A stretch of 61,902 bases of DNA, filler included. It is 5 parts of 5 records of this genome, joined end to end, with 100 filler letters (N's around TTAATTAATTAA, not from the genome) between each part and the next. Parts side by side here need not be neighbours in the genome. Positions count along the whole stretch, not along the records: positions 55,226 to 58,747 come from SRR9188676_1782; positions 58,848 to 61,902 come from SRR9188676_1785; 3 more parts are not named here. One strand, written 5' to 3'. This document shows positions 57,400 to 61,902 of this stretch, in pieces (position 1 is the stretch's first letter; each line of letters begins with the position of its first letter). A program made the position numbers and the translations under genes. Below the pieces are notes generated by a model, which was not told the DNA's origin, made no database searches, and saw nothing but the letters and a program-made list of their open reading frames with translations.

Positions 57400-58650
57400 A
57401 CCTCTCTTTCGAGGAGGAATTTCCGTCGCTTTGAGATTCTTCGGGACACGAACGAATTGGAAGGAGAATAAGCTGATGCCAATTGCGTTTGTTCATTAAC
57501 AAATTTATTTATGAATGACTGCGATCAGACAAGAATTGATATTCGATATCACGCTTTCTCCGAAGAGTGTCATGTAGAGTGGAGGATGATTGTCTCATGA
57601 AGGCATCGGTAGCGAGAACATCCTTCTCACCCATCGATCTTGTGAAACCCGTTGGTTCGATGATGTTCACACCTAGTTCCTGTAATAAAGAGACAAGAAT
57701 GGGAATGAGATTGATGTGTGATAAGTTGAGAATCATTTGACCCGAATCTGAAATTGCTAGGCCAAACGATTCAGTGAAATGTGTGGCGAAATTCTAAGAT
57801 ATACCTCGGACAGATTCATTCCAAACACTAGTCCGGATTGGGCGTCATAAGAATCTAAGAATCCCTTGAGTTACCTTGTGAGCCGAGCGAGGGATCGAAT
57901 GATGGATTGATTGGTGGTACGCCATGGATATCCATGTGCCGGGGTCATTAGGCGTGGTTGGGAACAAGGGCTCTGTGCTTTGATACATGTTTCCAACCTT
58001 CGATGCTCGAGGGTCGATTGCGGTTCTGGCAAGCCTGGCGCGGGTCTCGGGGGATCTGGGACAGAGAGGGGTCGAAAGGAAGAGAAATGAGATCAATGCC
58101 TTTCTATTGAGGAATTTACTTCAAGAATGCAAAGAACATACCCGAAAAATGCATCCTGTGTATATGTGGCCTGAGTGGTGGACTTCCATGCATCGGGATC
58201 GGCCTCCATCGATTTCAGTGTAGGATCAATCCAAGGGCGGGTGCCACCCACAGATTCAAGTGTAGTGATTGAATGTTCTTGTCGGGAAAATGCACTCGTT
58301 TCTCTGGAGGCAAATATGCAGCGAATGAGAGGTAAATGAAACTTCAATGACAACTGAAAAGAGAAGAAATAAAGAACAAGGACTGAAGTAACTGAAAAAT
58401 AGAAGGAAAACTTAGAATCTATTGAATCATATACCTGCGGAATGAGGGGACAGTTCTCGGTCTTCGGGCCATACCAGGGTTCATCCAGGATGCTTTATAT
58501 GTGGTGTCGGTTTCAGAGGGAGGTGCATGCTCGGGGAGCTGGCAAGGTGGTTGATTGCGAGTATAACCATTAGGACCCTGAGCGGAAGGTCGAATACCTT
58601 CGAAGGCGGCCTTCATGCCTGTCGGATCACGATAACAGTCTTTGTTCGCA
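57400..58650 (-). CDS. Multi-exon protein resembling axonemal microtubule inner proteins (SAXO/PPP1R32-like); boundaries approximate
   Basis: Short motifs TTYKASW, STTQATY, SMAYHQS, GYTRN, TGFTRS on exons separated by short introns. Confidence 0.45.
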
Positions 58651-58747
58651 CTGTTTCCATAGTTGCTTTTTTTCTTTTAAATGAATAATAAGAGAAGAGA
58701 AGTGAATGAAGAAGGACAAAAAAAAAAAAAAAAAATAGAAAAGAAGA

Positions 58748-58847
58748 NNNNNNNNNNNNNNNNNNNNNNNNNNNNNNNNNNNNNNNNNNNNTTAATTAAT
58801 TAANNNNNNNNNNNNNNNNNNNNNNNNNNNNNNNNNNNNNNNNNNNN
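58748..58847. other. Artificial contig linker
   Basis: N44-TTAATTAATTAA-N44. Confidence 0.98.
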
Positions 58848-59662
58848 AGAGTGGCTATGTGCATGTTTATTCTCCTTCTTCTTTTCGCCATGAGAGTGAG
58901 AGTGCGATTTCTTTTCTGATCGAGAGTGAGAATGACTGTGACCGTGGTCTTCCAACTCAATAGCCTCAGCCTCTGCATCGCTATGACCATGTGATCCACC
59001 ATGAGAATGCGAGTGCCCATGCCCTCCATGGCCTCCATGGCCATGGGAATGGCCCAACACCATCATCATTAAGATGTTCACAATGAGACCCAAGGTAGCC
59101 ACAATGAACATCAGACGTCCATCAACTTCCTCAGGATGGCGCACACGATGGAATGCTTCGTATAGCAGGCCGATGGTCAGAATCCAAATCATGCCAATGG
59201 AGATCAATGCACCAACGACCTCGGCACGAGCGTAACCGAAAGTAAGCCGCCCCTTAGCAGGAATACGTCCAAAACTACGTAGAATAGAACGAAATAAGAT
59301 TTTTATCGGACAATTACACAAAGAGATTTACCTCATAGCAATTAAAGAGATTGCAAAACTGGCCAAATCAGACAGCAGATGCACCGCATCGGCCATGATG
59401 GCAAGCGAACTCGCGAGATATCCTCCAACAAACTCAAGGATCATGAAGGCACCACAGATCGCACAAGCCACGACAAGCTTATCCCGTGCATTAGTATAGG
59501 TTCTGTTGATAGAGAGGTTGTGAGATGCGACAAGATTTCTCGAGAACAAAGGACGTACTGGTCTGCCTTCGAGAGCTTGGTTTGCCTATCTTCATGCTCA
59601 TCAGAAGATATCAAAGGAATATCCTGCTTATCACCGAATGAATCCGAGTCTGAATCTGACAT
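58848..59662 (-). CDS. Cation diffusion facilitator (ZnT/MTP1-like) zinc transporter, spliced, 3' partial
   Basis: [36 protein letters not shown], His-rich loop. Confidence 0.93.
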
Positions 59663-60598
59663 TTGCGTTGTTGTGAATTGAGGCACATCACACAAATCCG
59701 GAGTAAGTAATAGAAAATTCAAAACTTTAGGTCATGCGACGTGCAGCGGCGTTGCATATGTTTGAATTTCCCCTGGCAAAAGCAGTTGATTTAAGTTCGA
59801 TACCCCGGTTAGACATCCAATAAAACGAGTTATATCAAAATGCGACTTGAAAAAAGAAATTTGCTTGACTGAGATTGCAGACCACCAAGATCACGAATCA
59901 TCGATCGTCTGCATTGCAAAGGTCTCAAGGTTTTGTCAGGTGTTGGTCGGAGAAAGCTTGAACCTCAGGTCCTCAATATTTATGGGCAGAGCTGCAAAGG
60001 ACTGCGTTCACCATAACCATCATCTCAAATAAAGACCTTTTTTATTATGTTACAGAAAGGCGTACACTAAAAGATAATAAATCAAAATATATAATCCATT
60101 TGACATACATCTCGGTATGTTGGATTCATAATCCACCGAGGAAAAGGTGCAAATGTTTTGATCAGGTTGCAAATTGCAAAAATGAGAAGGGAAAACAAAA
60201 CAAGGAAAGCGGAACAGGGAATGGTGGAGTACATCGCCGAGAAGAATAGATTTGGCGAACAGGAACAAAAGCAAAAAACAAAACAAGAAAGAAGAAAGCA
60301 AAAAAAGAAGAAGAAACAGGTGTACGGAACTTCGAAGGAAGAGAAAGAATATAGGTGTGAAGGTACGAGCGCAGTTCTAGAGAGAAGAAGATCATGAAAG
60401 GTATATATTAAACTAGTGAAACAAAAAATAAAATAAGAATTGTCTATTTGGTCCCGTTTGAACCGATATTTACAACTGAGTCTAGAACTGGAGTACAGAT
60501 ATATGTATAAAATATATGCAGTGAAAGGTACAGAGAGAGTCATATAGCGGACTCTAAAGATCTGTTCATAAAATGAATGATCACAGATCACAGATCGA

Positions 60599-61210
60599 TC
60601 AATCTTCAATTTCAAACATTTGATCGTCTGACATCGAGTTCGAGTGTGAGCGCATCTGAACATCTTCTGGCACTAATCGAGTGTCCTCTCGTGTGTTCAT
60701 AGCAGCGAATGAGGTAGACAGGTTCTCATTGACATCTTTGTGTGCAGTGGATCTGAGGAAGGAGAACATAGTGGGAGTACCGTCATGAGGTGTGGATAGA
60801 TATGCATTAACATCAGCTGGGGATGTGACACTTTGTCTATATGGCTTGCCCTTCTGAGAGATACCGCTAATGGAGCTGACTCGGGGTCGGCCAGCGAAGT
60901 GCAAGTGAGGGGGGCAAGAAGTGGCAATCTTGTCGATGCTCTTGTCAAGGCTCGGAGTGTCATTACTCATGACTGGCTCGGGGTTGTTCTTAGACATATG
61001 CATCGAGAAGTCTTCGGCTCCGCTGGATGGCAGAGAAGGCTCGGGAAGAAGCAATGGAGCCATGCCTACCTCCTCAGCTTGAGGACCCGGAAGCGAGCCG
61101 AAAAAGGTAGGAACGCTCTTCGAAAAAATAGCAGCGGCAGAATCCATATCCAAAGCTCCAGTTGTGACACCGGAGCGATTGGGAATGGGAACACTACGTT
61201 GTGGCTGCTG
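60599..61210 (-). CDS. Terminal exon of a Ser/Pro-rich, probably disordered protein
   Basis: About 200 open codons after a pyrimidine tract and CAG; ends DDQMFEIED*; upstream exons unresolved. Confidence 0.6.
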   Translation of the reverse strand, partial: QQPQRSVPIPNRSGVTTGALDMDSAAAIFSKSVPTFFGSLPGPQAEEVGMAPLLLPEPSLPSSGAEDFSMHMSKNNPEPVMSNDTPSLDKSIDKIATSCPPHLHFAGRPRVSSISGISQKGKPYRQSVTSPADVNAYLSTPHDGTPTMFSFLRSTAHKDVNENLSTSFAAMNTREDTRLVPEDVQMRSHSNSMSDDQMFEIED

Positions 61211-61902
61211 AAAGAAAGATAAAGAGTGGAATAGGAATGAATAATTGAAGCGGGCGACGAATTGCTTCAAAAAAGCAGCTTAAAGCGAAAAATAATAGAT
61301 ATATCTTGCAAGTTTCGATGAGCTGTCGATCTCTAGAGCAATTCAAATGCACTGGTGGTTGATGTTGATGAAAGATCGCGTAAGCTCCTTCATTCTTTCA
61401 GCATCTTTTCAGCAAAAATCAATCTCATACCTCAAAGCCTTTGGAAGCGGTTGCTGCACTCGTCATGGATGTCCCAATATTGAATTAAAAAAGCTAGTAG
61501 TATAGGTAGTAAGTTAGCAGGAGATCTGATTGGAATGCAAAACCCTTTGTCGGAGTTCAACAGGGGGGTACACTCTGTGCATGCAGGTTGCGAAATTCTG
61601 ATTGATATGATTTTCTCTGTGCCCTTATATGTTACTTACCCCGACATTTTTCTTGTTTCTTTCGTTTCGTGTTCGGCCAATTTCCACTGTGTTCAACGAG
61701 ATCCCAGATCCTGATATACGCGGGCAATTCTCTGTCGATATCTTTATGTTTGCGTGATTGATCTCGCAGATGCGGTGCAATGATGCATTGTGACCTTTCC
61801 TTTCTGAAATGCAAGGGTTGGTAACTACCAGTCGGAGCACACCTCAGAATGAATTTGGATTATTCCTGTCCGAATGTCCAAATGGACTGTCCGAATGTCC
61901 GA

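Noticed and set aside
60050-60663. Overlapping ORFs on both strands
   Set aside because: Low-complexity sequence best explained as the 3' UTR of the upstream minus-strand gene
61866-61900. 14-bp direct repeat CTGTCCGAATGTCC x2
   Set aside because: Only two copies at the window edge; cannot be interpreted

Overview
The window is not one locus. It is five contigs joined by artificial 100-bp linkers (N44-TTAATTAATTAA-N44 at 29134-29233, 50933-51032, 55126-55225, 58748-58847). Contig 1 (1-29133) is AT-rich bacterial DNA with Bacteroidota-type TAnnTTTG promoter elements. Its left part holds small modules (Crp/Fnr-YceI-nitronate monooxygenase; Crp/Fnr-membrane protein-YciI-SRPBCC; Cys-rich leader plus TonB-dependent receptor), two of them bounded by attC-like sites, plus a Fic pseudogene. 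Its right part is a defence island: a type I R-M operon (hsdR, hsdS, hsdM) interleaved with GHKL ATPase, HEPN and GmrSD-like genes, followed by a PRTase-NADAR gene pair, a 1257-aa nuclease-like protein, a membrane-inserted patatin and a dif-like site. Contigs 2-5 are eukaryotic, with GT-AG introns. Contig 2 is an internal fragment of one giant gene (over 7,100 aa, about 54 repeats of about 130 aa resembling bacterial cadherin/Ig-like adhesin repeats; one exon of about 16.6 kb). Contig 3 has two head-to-head EamA/DMT paralogues. Contig 4 has a divergent PP2A B55 subunit and a possible axonemal protein. Contig 5 has a CDF zinc transporter and a Ser/Pro-rich protein. Best candidates for undescribed systems: the PRTase+NADAR pair, the giant eukaryotic adhesin-like protein, the attC-like cassettes and the WQPP-ending leader upstream of the TonB receptor. 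All family calls come from motif recognition by eye; no searches were run.
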